This document shows positions 1 to 9,385 of a stretch of 44,613 nt of DNA, piece after piece. Under the pieces are notes generated by a model, which saw only the letters and a program-made list of their open reading frames with translations, was not told the origin of the DNA and did not search any database. Made by a program: the position numbers and the translations under genes. The stretch covers positions 1-44,613 of the forward strand of contig JBBIPP010000013.1 in NCBI GenBank assembly GCA_037442745.1, in the 5' to 3' direction. The DNA comes from an archaeon (GTDB lineage Archaea; SpSt-1190; DYHY01). The first letter of the stretch is position 1, and each line of letters opens with the position of its first letter.

Positions 1-181
1 ATTCCTTCGTTAAAGCGGTCATTGCGGCAAACGAACGGGGTTTTGTTGTCGGGGCAACGTTCGTCAAGCTACTTGCTTTCAACTTCGAGAAGGTCAGGAT
101 TGCGGATTTTTCGCTAATCTTTGTCAAGGGTTTCAACAGTCCATAAACTATTTTCCATCCGTCCGGCCGGGATGGTGCTAG

Positions 182-730
182 CTATTTCTTGTCGAATTTC
201 TTTTTGTAGAGCTTGATGCTCTCCTCAATCACTTTTTTGGCTTCAGACGCACCTTTCCAACCGGCAATCTCGACTTTTTTGTTCTGGAGGTTCTTGTATG
301 TTCTGAAGAACTCGGATATTTCCTTAAGAGTGTGCTCCGGGACATCCTCCAAATCAAAAACCTTTGCGAACCGTGGGTCTTCTGTTGGAACGAAAAGTAT
401 CTTGTCATCAGGGTCGCCCCCGTCAATCATTTTCAGGACGCCAATTGGCCTTGCCTCTATCAGCACTCCCGGGAATGTCGGGTTTGTCACTAGCACAAGG
501 CCGTCTGCAGGGTCCCCGTCTTCCGCCAATGTCTGGGGAATTATTCCATAGTCCCCCGGATAGAAAACTGACGAAAATAGAACTCTGTCAAGCTTGACTA
601 AACCCGTCTTCTTGTCAAGCTCATACTTGTTGTTCGAGCCCTTCGGTATCTCGACAATAACGTTCATTTTCTCAGCTATTTCCTCTCCTGGCTTAATTCC
701 GTGCCACAAATCAACTGACATTTTGCTCAA
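182..730 (-). CDS. ppa: Soluble inorganic pyrophosphatase (family I)
   Basis: EIPKGSNNKYE, DRVL, YPGDYGIIPQT, DGDPAD and DDK motifs. The start may be the ATG at 721. Confidence 0.97.
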   Translation of the reverse strand: MSKMSVDLWHGIKPGEEIAEKMNVIVEIPKGSNNKYELDKKTGLVKLDRVLFSSVFYPGDYGIIPQTLAEDGDPADGLVLVTNPTFPGVLIEARPIGVLKMIDGGDPDDKILFVPTEDPRFAKVFDLEDVPEHTLKEISEFFRTYKNLQNKKVEIAGWKGASEAKKVIEESIKLYKKKFDKK

Positions 731-815
731 TCACTTGCCCGAATGACTGGGCGAGCATATTAAATGCTTTTTCCCGGAAAAACTCTTTTAACTTTGCCGG
801 AAATGTCAGTTTAAA

Positions 816-1403
816 ATGGCTCGCGGAAAGAAAGTCACATTCCCAACCCCTGTTGGATTGAAGAACCCGAAAATAGTTTCCGACCTCTTCGAGACAACGA
901 ACTTTTCACTTCTCTGGCTGGCACTCCGCATTTGGCTCGGATACACTTGGCTTTCGTCCGGCCTTGAAAAACTGTTCAATCCGGGTTGGGTCTCAACAGG
1001 GGATGCTGTCCGTGCTTTTTGGGAGATGGCAATAATTGTCCCGGCACCTCCGGCAAAGCCACCAATAGCTTTCGATTGGTACCGGGAATTTTTGTCATTT
1101 CTCCTGAAAGAGGGACACTATTCTTGGTTCGGGAAGCTTATTGTTCTTGGGGAAATTGCAGTCGGAATTGGGCTGATTTTCGGGCTTTTCACAGGTCTCT
1201 CCGCATTCTTCGGGGCGTTCCTCAATTGGAATTTCATGATGGCCGGAACCGCAAGCATAAACCCAGTAATGTTTCCCCTCTCAATTCTCCTGGTTGTTGC
1301 CTGGAAGGTCTCTGGTTCAATTGGCCTTGACAGTTTCATTCTCCCATTTTTCGGGACTCCTTGGCAGCCCGGCCAAGCATTCAAGAAAAAAGGAATATCC
1401 TAG
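816..1403 (+). CDS. DoxX/DoxD-family membrane protein (TQO small-subunit-like)
   Basis: LRIWLGYTWLSSGLEK, GEIAVGIGLIFG, NFMMAGTASINP and GLD pattern typical of bacterial DoxX proteins. TTTTAA lies about 27 nt upstream. Confidence 0.85.
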   Translation: MARGKKVTFPTPVGLKNPKIVSDLFETTNFSLLWLALRIWLGYTWLSSGLEKLFNPGWVSTGDAVRAFWEMAIIVPAPPAKPPIAFDWYREFLSFLLKEGHYSWFGKLIVLGEIAVGIGLIFGLFTGLSAFFGAFLNWNFMMAGTASINPVMFPLSILLVVAWKVSGSIGLDSFILPFFGTPWQPGQAFKKKGIS

Positions 1404-1424
1404 GAACAGGAGAGAGGAAATCCA

Positions 1425-2110
1425 TCATAAATTGAGGAAGCTTGAAGAGGAATAGTTTCCCCCGGCAATTCCGAGGAGATAATGGAACGGCGTCACGGAG
1501 AAGCTGAAATATGCGCCTGAGAGAAATGTCGCGGATTTTTTCCTTTCCCAGAAAGCGCCTGAAGGAATAACGAACAGCGTTGCAAGGGAGAAAGTGGTTG
1601 ACAGAAGGAAAGCAAAAGTTCCCCCAGTTATTAGAGCAAACGGGACGTTTTCCGCCAATTCTTTCATTAAAAAGCTCCAGAAAACGAATCCGAGCGCAAG
1701 TGAGGGAATTCCCATTCCGATTATTTTCTAGAGTGCTTCGTTGTTCCTCTTTTGCCAGCTTTTCTCCGGTTCAAATGCGAATAACAGGGCGGTTGCAATA
1801 TGCCCAGCGGAAAAAAGGAAGGTGGCTGAGAATATTGGCAGAATTCTTGTTGAATAGGCGAGTTAATACGCCCCCTAACTATGTTGCCTGCAAGAAATGT
1901 CCCGGCGCTGAGGACCAATAGAACCGCCCTTTCCTTTCCTGAAAATAATAGGACTAGGGCCGGACAGAGGCAGAACTATGCAGAAGCAAGGTGGACAATG
2001 TTCCTTGCGTTGAGAGGATTTGTCAAGTGGAAAACTGAAAGAAATTGGACCGAGAAGGAAAATTGCCCAGAAAAAGTGCTTGTATGCAATCTTGCTGAAA
2101 AGCAGTTTTC
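1425..2110 (-). pseudogene. Decayed multi-pass membrane protein gene
   Basis: Hydrophobic segments continue across frames (KHFFWAIFLLG / ALVLLFSGKERAVLLVLSAG / RILPIFSATFLFSAGHIATALLFAF). An in-frame TAG at 1728-1730 lies just upstream of the 1425-1715 ORF. Family not recognised. Confidence 0.55.
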
Positions 2111-2153
2111 ACATTTAAGGGAATTTTTCCGTCGGCCGTCCTATTTAGAGTTT

Positions 2154-2621
2154 TCAGTAATTGACCTTGACTCTCTTTACGTGCCACTCTTTCATTATTG
2201 GGAGTATTTCCCCTCTGCCAATCTGCTCGGTAGGAACCCCTCTTCGTTTCCCAGTGAGAATGTCATAGAAGAATTCGTCGTCAAAGCCAATTCTCGCGGC
2301 ATCCTTCCTAGTTGCCCCGAAATGAATCCTCTCAATTCGCGCCCAGTGTATTGCGGCAAGGCACATCGGGCAGGGCTCGCAGGTAGAATAAATTTCGCAT
2401 CCAGAGAGGTTGAAACTTCCGAGTTTCCGCGCAGCCCCTCTTATTGCAACAATTTCAGCGTGCGCTGTCGGGTCTTTTGAAGAGGGGACTCTGTTTCGCC
2501 CCTTTGAGACAACCATCCCTTTTCGGACAATTACTGCGCCAAATGGCCCGCCAGAACCTTTCCGCACCCCGAGTTCAGCCTCCTTCAATGCAATCTTCAT
2601 GAATTTCTCTTTCATTTCCAT
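2154..2621 (-). CDS. guaD: Guanine deaminase, cytidine-deaminase fold (Bacillus GuaD type)
   Basis: GGPFGAVIV, DPTAHAE, TCEPCPMC zinc motif, WARI and GFDDEFFY. Confidence 0.88.
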   Translation of the reverse strand: MEMKEKFMKIALKEAELGVRKGSGGPFGAVIVRKGMVVSKGRNRVPSSKDPTAHAEIVAIRGAARKLGSFNLSGCEIYSTCEPCPMCLAAIHWARIERIHFGATRKDAARIGFDDEFFYDILTGKRRGVPTEQIGRGEILPIMKEWHVKRVKVNY

Positions 2622-2719
2622 TCGGCACTAGGCGGAACGGCAACCCTTTTATCTAGTTTTCCCAGCGTTTCCGGTCAATACCAAAAATTGTCCCTGTTTC
2701 GGGCTCGAAATACGCGCAA

Positions 2720-3005
2720 TTCCCGATAGCAGCGAACCCTTTCCAAATTTTTTGACTATTCTTCATTGACTGGTGGCTTGCGCCAATCCTTTTCCTCTAT
2801 TGGCTGGAATCTGGAATTATTGGATTTTTCAACATTCTGAAAATGGCGGTCTCCTCATCTCCCACCATCCCTCCAGCTCCCTCACAACCTTCCAACGCCC
2901 GGATGTTTTGGAGGATTTTTGCGGGCTTTTCAACCCCTTCTTCATTATTCACTATTCAATTTTTCTATCAGCTCACCTTATTTTCTTGCTGATTTTCTTC
3001 GGCCT
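2720..3005 (+). pseudogene. DUF6498-like membrane protein remnant
   Basis: Reads AANPFQIF*LFFIDWWLAPILFLYWLESGIIGFFNILKMA with TGA at 2753-2755, then frameshifts to PFFIIHYSIFLSAHLIFL. This matches the LYW.E..IG.FN.LKM and FF..HY pattern I recall for DUF6498. Confidence 0.65.
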
Positions 3006-3009
3006 GTCA

Positions 3010-3510
3010 ATCGACTTGAAGAATTGCCGAAATACTACTCGGCACAGCCCTCCAATTCTCAAGCAATTTTCCTCCTTTTCGTCGAATTTCTGGGAGGGGA
3101 CTGTCGGCTCAATTGCTTTTTTCAGGAACAGCCGGCCAGAAAAACCCTCCCCTCGGCGTTTCATGATACGCTCAATTGAGGGAAAAATCGACGACTTTGC
3201 CTCAATCAGGAGGTTGTTCTTAGGCGGTACTCGCGCATTGTATCGGAAAATTCCACCTTCCGGACCTGATTGTAATTGACAGATTGGCCGGACAGCTCTC
3301 CTCCGCCAAAAAATCCCTTGAAAAATTTGGAATTGAACTCCAGATGGTTCCTTCGCCAAAAGAGAGGAGGAGATGCATTTTCCCGGAGGCGGACTCTCCC
3401 CCTTCCAAAGAATTCTCCGGCCATTCAGCTCCCCCGTAGGGTGCAAGGCTAGGCCAAAAGGTTCGCAATCTCCTACAACGGCAGGTTATCTGGAAGAAAA
3501 GGAAAAATAG
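3010..3510 (+). pseudogene. uvrC: Excinuclease UvrC remnant (RNase H-like endonuclease region)
   Basis: Colinear motifs across several frames: TVGSIAFF..RPEK..RRFMIRSIEGKIDDFASI, EVVLRRY, LPDLIVIDRLAGQLSSA, AKREEEMHFPG and RVQG*AKRFAISYN (TAG at 3450-3452 replaces the E of DEAHRFA). Confidence 0.85.
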
Positions 3511-3537
3511 ATAATACCTTGCCAATTTGTCAATTGA

Positions 3538-4731
3538 ATGGTTTTGGTCGCTTCAGAAGGATTTGCTCTCTCTCTGATATTCGCCTTCCTTGGGATAATT
3601 GCAATAGGAATTATCCTTCGTCTCCTCCGTCAGCCCCATGTCATAACATACATACTGGCGGGAGTTCTCCTCGGGCCTTTTTCCCTTGGCCTTGTGAAAG
3701 ATTATGAAATGATAGCTTCCTTCGGAGAAATAGGGATAATTCTTCTTCTCTTTTTCGCTGGAAGCGAGATATCTGTGAGGAAGCTTGCGCGAAACCTAAA
3801 AATTCCTCTTTTCGGCACCCTTCTTCAAGTGGGGGTGAGCGTGATATTCGCGACGCTCTTGGGAATTTTCCTAAAATGGTCTCCCGCGAAAATAGTCCTC
3901 TTCGGATTCATAATATCCCTGTCAAGCACCGCAGTTGTCCTCCGTCTCCTCGACGAATGGGGAGAGCTTGACACAAAGGTTGGGCAGACTGTCCTTGGGG
4001 TTCTTCTTGTCCAAGATGTTATAATTGTCCCGATGATTGTTATAATAGGGCTTTTTGCGGGGAATTTCGAGACAGGAACATTGGCACTCCAGGCAGCGGG
4101 CTCTGTGCTGGTCGCCCTATTCGTCTACTGGCTTTTCAGGGCGGAAAAAATAGCTTTCCCATTCCGCGATCTGATAAAGCGAGACGACGAGCTCCAGGTG
4201 TTCGTGGCAATTGTCCTCTGCCTCGGGTTCTCCCAATTGACTGCGTTCTTCAAGCTGTCCTCCGCTCTCGGAGCCTTCCTTGCAGGCTTATTTGTTGCAT
4301 CAATTGAGGAGACGTCCATTGTCCACAAAATAATGCACCCTTTCCGCGTGATTTTTGTCGGAGCCTTCTTCGTTTCAGTTGGGTTAATCATAAACCCATT
4401 CTTTGTTCTTGAAAATCTCGGCAAGATTGTCCCTGTTGTTCTGTTCGTTTTCCTGATAAACACTGCAATAAATTCGGGAATCCTCCTTTACCTCGGAAAC
4501 CGCTTCAAGGAATCTGTATATGCGGGCGCTCTCCTCTCTCAAATAGGGGAATTCAGCTTCGTCCTTGCCGGAACCGGGCTTTCTTTAGCAATAATAGATT
4601 CGGAGAGCCATGACTTTTTGATGTCAGTTATTGCGCTTACGCTCCTTGCGACGCCGTTTTTCATATATGCAATAAAGAGGATTTTCGGGATAACGGGGCA
4701 AAACTACAATTTCGAGGCAAGCCATCCCTGA
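3538..4731 (+). CDS. CPA2/Kef-type cation:proton antiporter (membrane domain only)
   Basis: YILAGVLLGP, LSSTAVV, LLVQD, ALGAFLAG, FFVSVG and SQIGEFSFVL. No KTN domain. Confidence 0.93.
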   Translation: MVLVASEGFALSLIFAFLGIIAIGIILRLLRQPHVITYILAGVLLGPFSLGLVKDYEMIASFGEIGIILLLFFAGSEISVRKLARNLKIPLFGTLLQVGVSVIFATLLGIFLKWSPAKIVLFGFIISLSSTAVVLRLLDEWGELDTKVGQTVLGVLLVQDVIIVPMIVIIGLFAGNFETGTLALQAAGSVLVALFVYWLFRAEKIAFPFRDLIKRDDELQVFVAIVLCLGFSQLTAFFKLSSALGAFLAGLFVASIEETSIVHKIMHPFRVIFVGAFFVSVGLIINPFFVLENLGKIVPVVLFVFLINTAINSGILLYLGNRFKESVYAGALLSQIGEFSFVLAGTGLSLAIIDSESHDFLMSVIALTLLATPFFIYAIKRIFGITGQNYNFEASHP

Positions 4732-4775
4732 GCCCACAAGGGAAGAGAATATTGGCGGAGTTTTCGCCCAAAGTG

Positions 4776-4783
4776 TTTTAAAA
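4776..4783 (+). promoter_or_regulatory. TATA box of the uvrB remnant
   Basis: TTTTAAAA ends 24 nt upstream of the ATG at 4807, the same spacing as at intact genes in this window. Confidence 0.5.
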
Positions 4784-4806
4784 CTGGTTTAGGGAGTTCC
4801 CGGAAA

Positions 4807-5260
4807 ATGGCTTCTCCCGAAAAAGTCAGGCAGGAAAATTGACCTGAGGCAATTGAGGCAGTTCGTCCCAGATGCTAATGGACGAATCCTCCTCCGGGAC
4901 GAGCGGAGCCTAATACAGACAATCTGGCCTGACGCTCGGAACATAAATTCCCCGGTAGTTCTCTGTGCCGACCGGGAAACGGCGTCAATTAACTAGGCTC
5001 TTTCGGAGACTGAATGGAGAAGGAGGATGCAGGCGAACTACAACGCTCTCCACAAAATAAGGCCAAGGATAATTGTCAAGCCAATAAAGGATTCGGATGT
5101 GCGGAGAATCAAGGATGTAAAGCACATTCCCAAGGCGGAAATACCGGGGATTATCCTCGCCCTTGAAAGTGAGATGAACCTTGTGGCAGAAAGGCTAGAG
5201 TTTGAGGAGGCGATTTCCCTCCGCGACAGGATTCTCAATCCCAGGAAACTCATTGGCTAA
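4807..5260 (+). pseudogene. uvrB: Excinuclease UvrB remnant (apparent internal deletion)
   Basis: From 4871: DANGRILLRDERSLIQTIWPDARNINSPVVLCADRETASIN*ALSETEWRRRMQANYN...LESEMNLVAERLEFEEAISLRDRI, i.e. the UvrB motif VI region and UVR domain. TAG at 4994-4996. An N-terminal-like PEAIEA follows ATG 4807. Confidence 0.9.
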
Positions 5261-5273
5261 AGACTCGGCCGGC

Positions 5274-6815
5274 TCAAATTTTCCCGGGAAGGGTGAACCG
5301 CTCGCCTATGAAAACGTTGAATTTAGTCCCATCCCCCTCTTCATAGATTAGGCGCGCCCTCCTTTCCAGCAATTCAGATATTTGGGCAATCTCTTTTGCG
5401 TTTATTTCCCCGGAGTAATGCCCTTTGGGGAGGATGAAGATTTCATCGGAATACGAAAAATCGTCTTCTTCCGGGACAAGAAGGCCGTACTCGGGAGCGT
5501 TCATTCCGATGGTTTTTGAGAAAATTTCCCTAGACCATTTCCGCTCAAAGCAGAACGCATAATCTGGGTCGAAGAGGACAAACGACCTTCCTGAGTTTTT
5601 GAGGTTCTCCGAAAGATAGCTCTCCACTGGATGGCTTCCATAAGAGAATTCCGAGAGCCCTACATATCTCTTGTCCTCCTTCAAGAAAGCGCTCACTGCG
5701 AGGAGGATTGCGATTCCGGAGAGCGCTGCCAAGAACAACTGGTTCTTCCTGAAAATCGAGAAAAGAACGACTGAAAAGAGGGGCGCAGTCGGTATCATGT
5801 GGCCGGGAACAACCCATGCGACCGGCGCGAAAAGGAAAAGGATGCTTGCGAGCCATGACAGGAAAAGGCCCCTTATTTCGCCCTTTGAAGAAAGACCCCC
5901 GAGAAGAACTGCCCCGAAAAGAATGTAATAAACCGGCAGAAAACTTCCCTTGTAGGGGTATCCGTCGAAAGCGTGCAGGAAATATCCCCCAGAAACTATT
6001 GTGTAGAGCCTCTCAAGGAAATATGCGCGCATTGAGCCAAAGTCTACAATTCCTGAAAGGCCCTCGAATGAAATGTTCCCGAACGCCGTCTGCATTCCGA
6101 CTGCAATTGCCGAAACAGCCGAAACCAGCATAAATCCCTTGAAGGAAACCTTTCCTTGCCTGACTCCATAGAAAATCACGAACGGGATAAGGAAATAGAG
6201 GAAAATTAGCTTTGAGCATATTCCGACCCCAGCCACAATCCCTAGCAGGAGGGCGTTTTTGGTTATTGAAAATGCGAAAAGGAACATGCAGGCGAAAAAG
6301 GCCACAATTAATTCCGGCCAGACTCCGAATGTCGCGTAATTGGAAACAAGTGGGAGGAAGTACATTAGCAGGGAGGAGAAGAAAGCCCACTTTCTAGGGA
6401 GAAGTTTCTCCCTGGTCGTGAAAATATAGAGGAATATTGGGGCAAGGGAAAAGAGCGCCGCAGTGACAATTCTTGCGTTTATTATCATCCCGAGATTTCC
6501 CGGGGAGAGGATTTCAGAGAAGACCGCATATATGAAAATTGAGGTATACCAGGTGTGGTGGATTGCCGGAGCTTTTGGCATATCCCTGGCAAGCTCTCCG
6601 TTTATAGCAATCCACGCCTCCTCAGACCAGTGGCCTGACGGGAGGAGGATTTCCCTTGAAACGAACGCTATTGCAAGGAGGAAGAGAGCGAGGAAATGGA
6701 TGTTTTTCGAGCCGGATGCTTTCCAAATAGCCTTCATTGTGTTTTCGATAAATGCGCCAGGCTTTCTTCCCAGAGATGTGCGAGAAAAGTTCGCGCGCAC
6801 GTCAAGGATTCTCAT
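5274..6815 (-). CDS. GT-C/ArnT-PMT-like membrane glycosyltransferase
   Basis: About 11-12 TM segments, an acidic WSEE in the first loop, conserved R/E/K positions (NARIV, WPE, CSK) and a soluble C-terminus. ATGA overlap with the upstream permease. Alternative start at 6737. Confidence 0.6.
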   Translation of the reverse strand: MRILDVRANFSRTSLGRKPGAFIENTMKAIWKASGSKNIHFLALFLLAIAFVSREILLPSGHWSEEAWIAINGELARDMPKAPAIHHTWYTSIFIYAVFSEILSPGNLGMIINARIVTAALFSLAPIFLYIFTTREKLLPRKWAFFSSLLMYFLPLVSNYATFGVWPELIVAFFACMFLFAFSITKNALLLGIVAGVGICSKLIFLYFLIPFVIFYGVRQGKVSFKGFMLVSAVSAIAVGMQTAFGNISFEGLSGIVDFGSMRAYFLERLYTIVSGGYFLHAFDGYPYKGSFLPVYYILFGAVLLGGLSSKGEIRGLFLSWLASILFLFAPVAWVVPGHMIPTAPLFSVVLFSIFRKNQLFLAALSGIAILLAVSAFLKEDKRYVGLSEFSYGSHPVESYLSENLKNSGRSFVLFDPDYAFCFERKWSREIFSKTIGMNAPEYGLLVPEEDDFSYSDEIFILPKGHYSGEINAKEIAQISELLERRARLIYEEGDGTKFNVFIGERFTLPGKI

Positions 6816-8683
6816 AGTTCGACGCGTCTCCCGAATAGAAAAATTACAGCCGTCCCGAGAATTGCCGCAAAAAGCAGAATTTCTGGGGGCGTTGGGAACG
6901 CCCCATACACTCCCGCTGTCCGAAGGGCGCCTGAGAAAACGGCGAGAGGAAGCCTTGTCGAAACCGCTTTCAAGCCCTCTGGAAGGAATTCAAACGAGGT
7001 CAGTCCTCCAGAGAGGAACAGGGAAGGAATTGAGAATCCGACAACTGAGAGGAGCGCGCTCGACTCGTCGTTCGAGAGGAAGCCTATTGCAATCCCGAAA
7101 AGGGAGAACACAAAAGAGCAGGAGAGCGCAATTGCCAGGAATGCGGGGAGATTCTGTATCTCGAGCGAGAAGAACAGCTCCCCGAAAACTGCCATAATGA
7201 CTGTCTGCACAAGTCCGAGGAAACCAAAGACTGCCAATTTCGGAGCCAAAAGGCCAAGCGCCCCCTTTCCGGAAAGGGTTGCCCGGAGAAGCGTTCCAGC
7301 CTTTCTCTCAAAGAGAATTGAATTGGCCGATATCAGCATAATGTTGAACATTAGGACAAGAGCAACAATTGCAGGGAAGACGTAGGAGAATCCCCTAGAG
7401 CCGAAAACCGCGCTTTTTTCAAGTCCGAGCGGGCTTATAACAGTCTCAGGCTCCCTTTCAGAAATCCTCCATATTGTCTCTTTAGCACTGGAGAGTTTCG
7501 GGAAAATCTTCTCAATCTCTCCTTGCGTGTTTCTGAAGAGAATTTCCGCTTCCGAGAGTTCAGTCAGCGCGTTATCCCGCTCCTCCGAAAAGAGGGAAAG
7601 CGCCATCTTCATTTCCAAGAGAGCTTCCTTTGCGCGAGAGAGCTTTTTCAAGGAGTCCTCTATTCCCTCCTGCGCGTCCGCCCCTTTGGCTGATGCGTTA
7701 GCGAGGTCGTCCCCGAGAACAGTCAGGTTATCAGAAATCCTCGATATTTTGCCCCGCATCTCCTCTTCCCGCTCGATTCGCTCCTCGAGGGGGGAGACTA
7801 TCTCATCCCAGAATGAAACATTCGGACAGGGAACTGCAAGGCAGGCAGGGTTCTTTGGGGAGAAAAATTCCTTGAACGGCAAAATTGCTCTTAGGATTTC
7901 CTTCGAACCGTTTATGTCCTCCTCGAGAAGGAGGTCGGCTTCCTCAAGGAGAGCCAGCGATTCCCCAAGAGTCCTGTTTGCGGAAGATATTTTTTCGGAA
8001 ATTCCCTTGGAAGTGGAATTCGCGGCAATTAGGCTAAGCCTCTGGGAATCGAGAAAGCCCTCCATTTCAGCGACTTTCCCCTGCATTTCCCCGACAGTTG
8101 CGTTTCCGAGCTTTCGCTTGGCTTCGGAGATCTTCTCCAAAAGACCCGAGAGGCGACTCCTTGCCTGGATTAGCTCAAGGTCTGCGATTTCAAGCTCAAT
8201 TCCGATTTTTCCGAGGCCTTCCCAGGCGCCAGATATGAATGACTCGGAAATGTTTTCGGATATTTCCCTAGTTATCCCGGAGGAATACGCAAGGACAATT
8301 CCGGAGACGTCCTCCTTTGAGTTGTCGTGCAGTATTCTGACTTTCTCCCCTATGCCCTCCGAAATCCGTTCCTCAATTCCCTCAGGGACAACTATTACGG
8401 CGGAAAGCAGTCCTGAGGAGAGGCCTTTCGCGCCATCGTCAGGGCAAGCTGGGGCGCCAGAATACTTTACAATGAAAGGGCCTTCTGAGAGCGAACTGTA
8501 ATACGCCTTGCCGATTTGCGAATTCTCCTCAGCGCAGATCCAAATGGAGATTCCGGAGGCCGACTTGTCGTTGAAAACGTTCCCGAGTATTGCAACAGTT
8601 AGTAAGGGGACTAGGAAAATCAGAAGGAGGGCGTTTCTCGAACGGAGGAAATACAGGAGCTCCTTTCTAATTCCTGCGAGCAA
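6812..8683 (-). CDS. ABC-2 type permease with long coiled-coil ectodomain (YhgE/Pip-like)
   Basis: KELLYFLR plus TM1, a long heptad-rich ectodomain, ERKAGTL and FLSGG...LP C-terminal TM block. Confidence 0.88.
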   Translation of the reverse strand: MLAGIRKELLYFLRSRNALLLIFLVPLLTVAILGNVFNDKSASGISIWICAEENSQIGKAYYSSLSEGPFIVKYSGAPACPDDGAKGLSSGLLSAVIVVPEGIEERISEGIGEKVRILHDNSKEDVSGIVLAYSSGITREISENISESFISGAWEGLGKIGIELEIADLELIQARSRLSGLLEKISEAKRKLGNATVGEMQGKVAEMEGFLDSQRLSLIAANSTSKGISEKISSANRTLGESLALLEEADLLLEEDINGSKEILRAILPFKEFFSPKNPACLAVPCPNVSFWDEIVSPLEERIEREEEMRGKISRISDNLTVLGDDLANASAKGADAQEGIEDSLKKLSRAKEALLEMKMALSLFSEERDNALTELSEAEILFRNTQGEIEKIFPKLSSAKETIWRISEREPETVISPLGLEKSAVFGSRGFSYVFPAIVALVLMFNIMLISANSILFERKAGTLLRATLSGKGALGLLAPKLAVFGFLGLVQTVIMAVFGELFFSLEIQNLPAFLAIALSCSFVFSLFGIAIGFLSNDESSALLSVVGFSIPSLFLSGGLTSFEFLPEGLKAVSTRLPLAVFSGALRTAGVYGAFPTPPEILLFAAILGTAVIFLFGRRVEL

Positions 8684-9350
8684 TTTTCAGGAACACCCCC
8701 TCCAAGTTCTTCTCATTGTGCCTGTTCATCAGCTTCTTCGGGCTCTCTGGAAGAGTCAGTTTTCCATTCAGAAGAATTGACACCTTGTCGAAATCCTCTG
8801 CCTCGTTCAGGTGATGGGTTACAATCAAAAGGGACTTTTTCCGTTTCCGGAGGGAGCGAAAAAGGTCAAGTATTTCCATTTTGCTTATTGGGTCTAGGCC
8901 AACTGTTGGCTCGTCAAGAATGAGGAGGTTTTCCTCTCCAGAGAGCCCGACAAGTATTGAGAGCTTTTTCTTCTGGCCCCCGGACATTTTCCCGGAGATT
9001 TTTTCCGGGTCCAGTCCGAAGAGCTCCTTGTCCGGCTCTTTTCCGTAGAGAGCTGAGAAATATTCGAGGTTCTCTCTCACAGTCATGTACGGGTAGAATG
9101 AATCCGCCTGCGGGATATAGCCAATTTTTCCCTCCCTCTCAACAGTTCCTGAATCGGGGGAAGTTATTCCGAGAAGAACCCTGACAAGGGTTGATTTCCC
9201 CCCGCCGGATGGCCCTATTATTCCGACAATTTCGCCGGAATTAATTGAGAGGGAGAGGTCTGAGAGTATTTTCCTTTTTCCAAAGGACTTGGAAATCCCC
9301 CGGGCATATAGAAAAACCCCCTTTTCAGCCAAGATTCCGGATTTTCGCAA
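8667..9350 (-). CDS. ABC transporter ATP-binding protein
   Basis: Walker A GPSGGGKST, signature MSGGQ, LILDEPTVGLDP and H-loop. The TATA box near 9360 favours a TTG start at 9332. Confidence 0.95.
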   Translation of the reverse strand: MRKSGILAEKGVFLYARGISKSFGKRKILSDLSLSINSGEIVGIIGPSGGGKSTLVRVLLGITSPDSGTVEREGKIGYIPQADSFYPYMTVRENLEYFSALYGKEPDKELFGLDPEKISGKMSGGQKKKLSILVGLSGEENLLILDEPTVGLDPISKMEILDLFRSLRKRKKSLLIVTHHLNEAEDFDKVSILLNGKLTLPESPKKLMNRHNEKNLEGVFLKIARRN

Positions 9351-9385
9351 TCAACACTTTTAAATTGCTCGTTCTGACAGACGGC

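Noticed and set aside
3-146. Open plus-strand frame at the window start (SFVKAVIAAN...FNSP*)
   Set aside because: It may be a gene 3' end, but I recognise no motif and cannot determine the strand.
6463-8501. Long plus-strand ORFs (244, 229 and 324 aa) and similar ones opposite smc, pyk and rrp42
   Set aside because: They are antisense shadows of well-supported genes, Ser/Arg-rich and without motifs.
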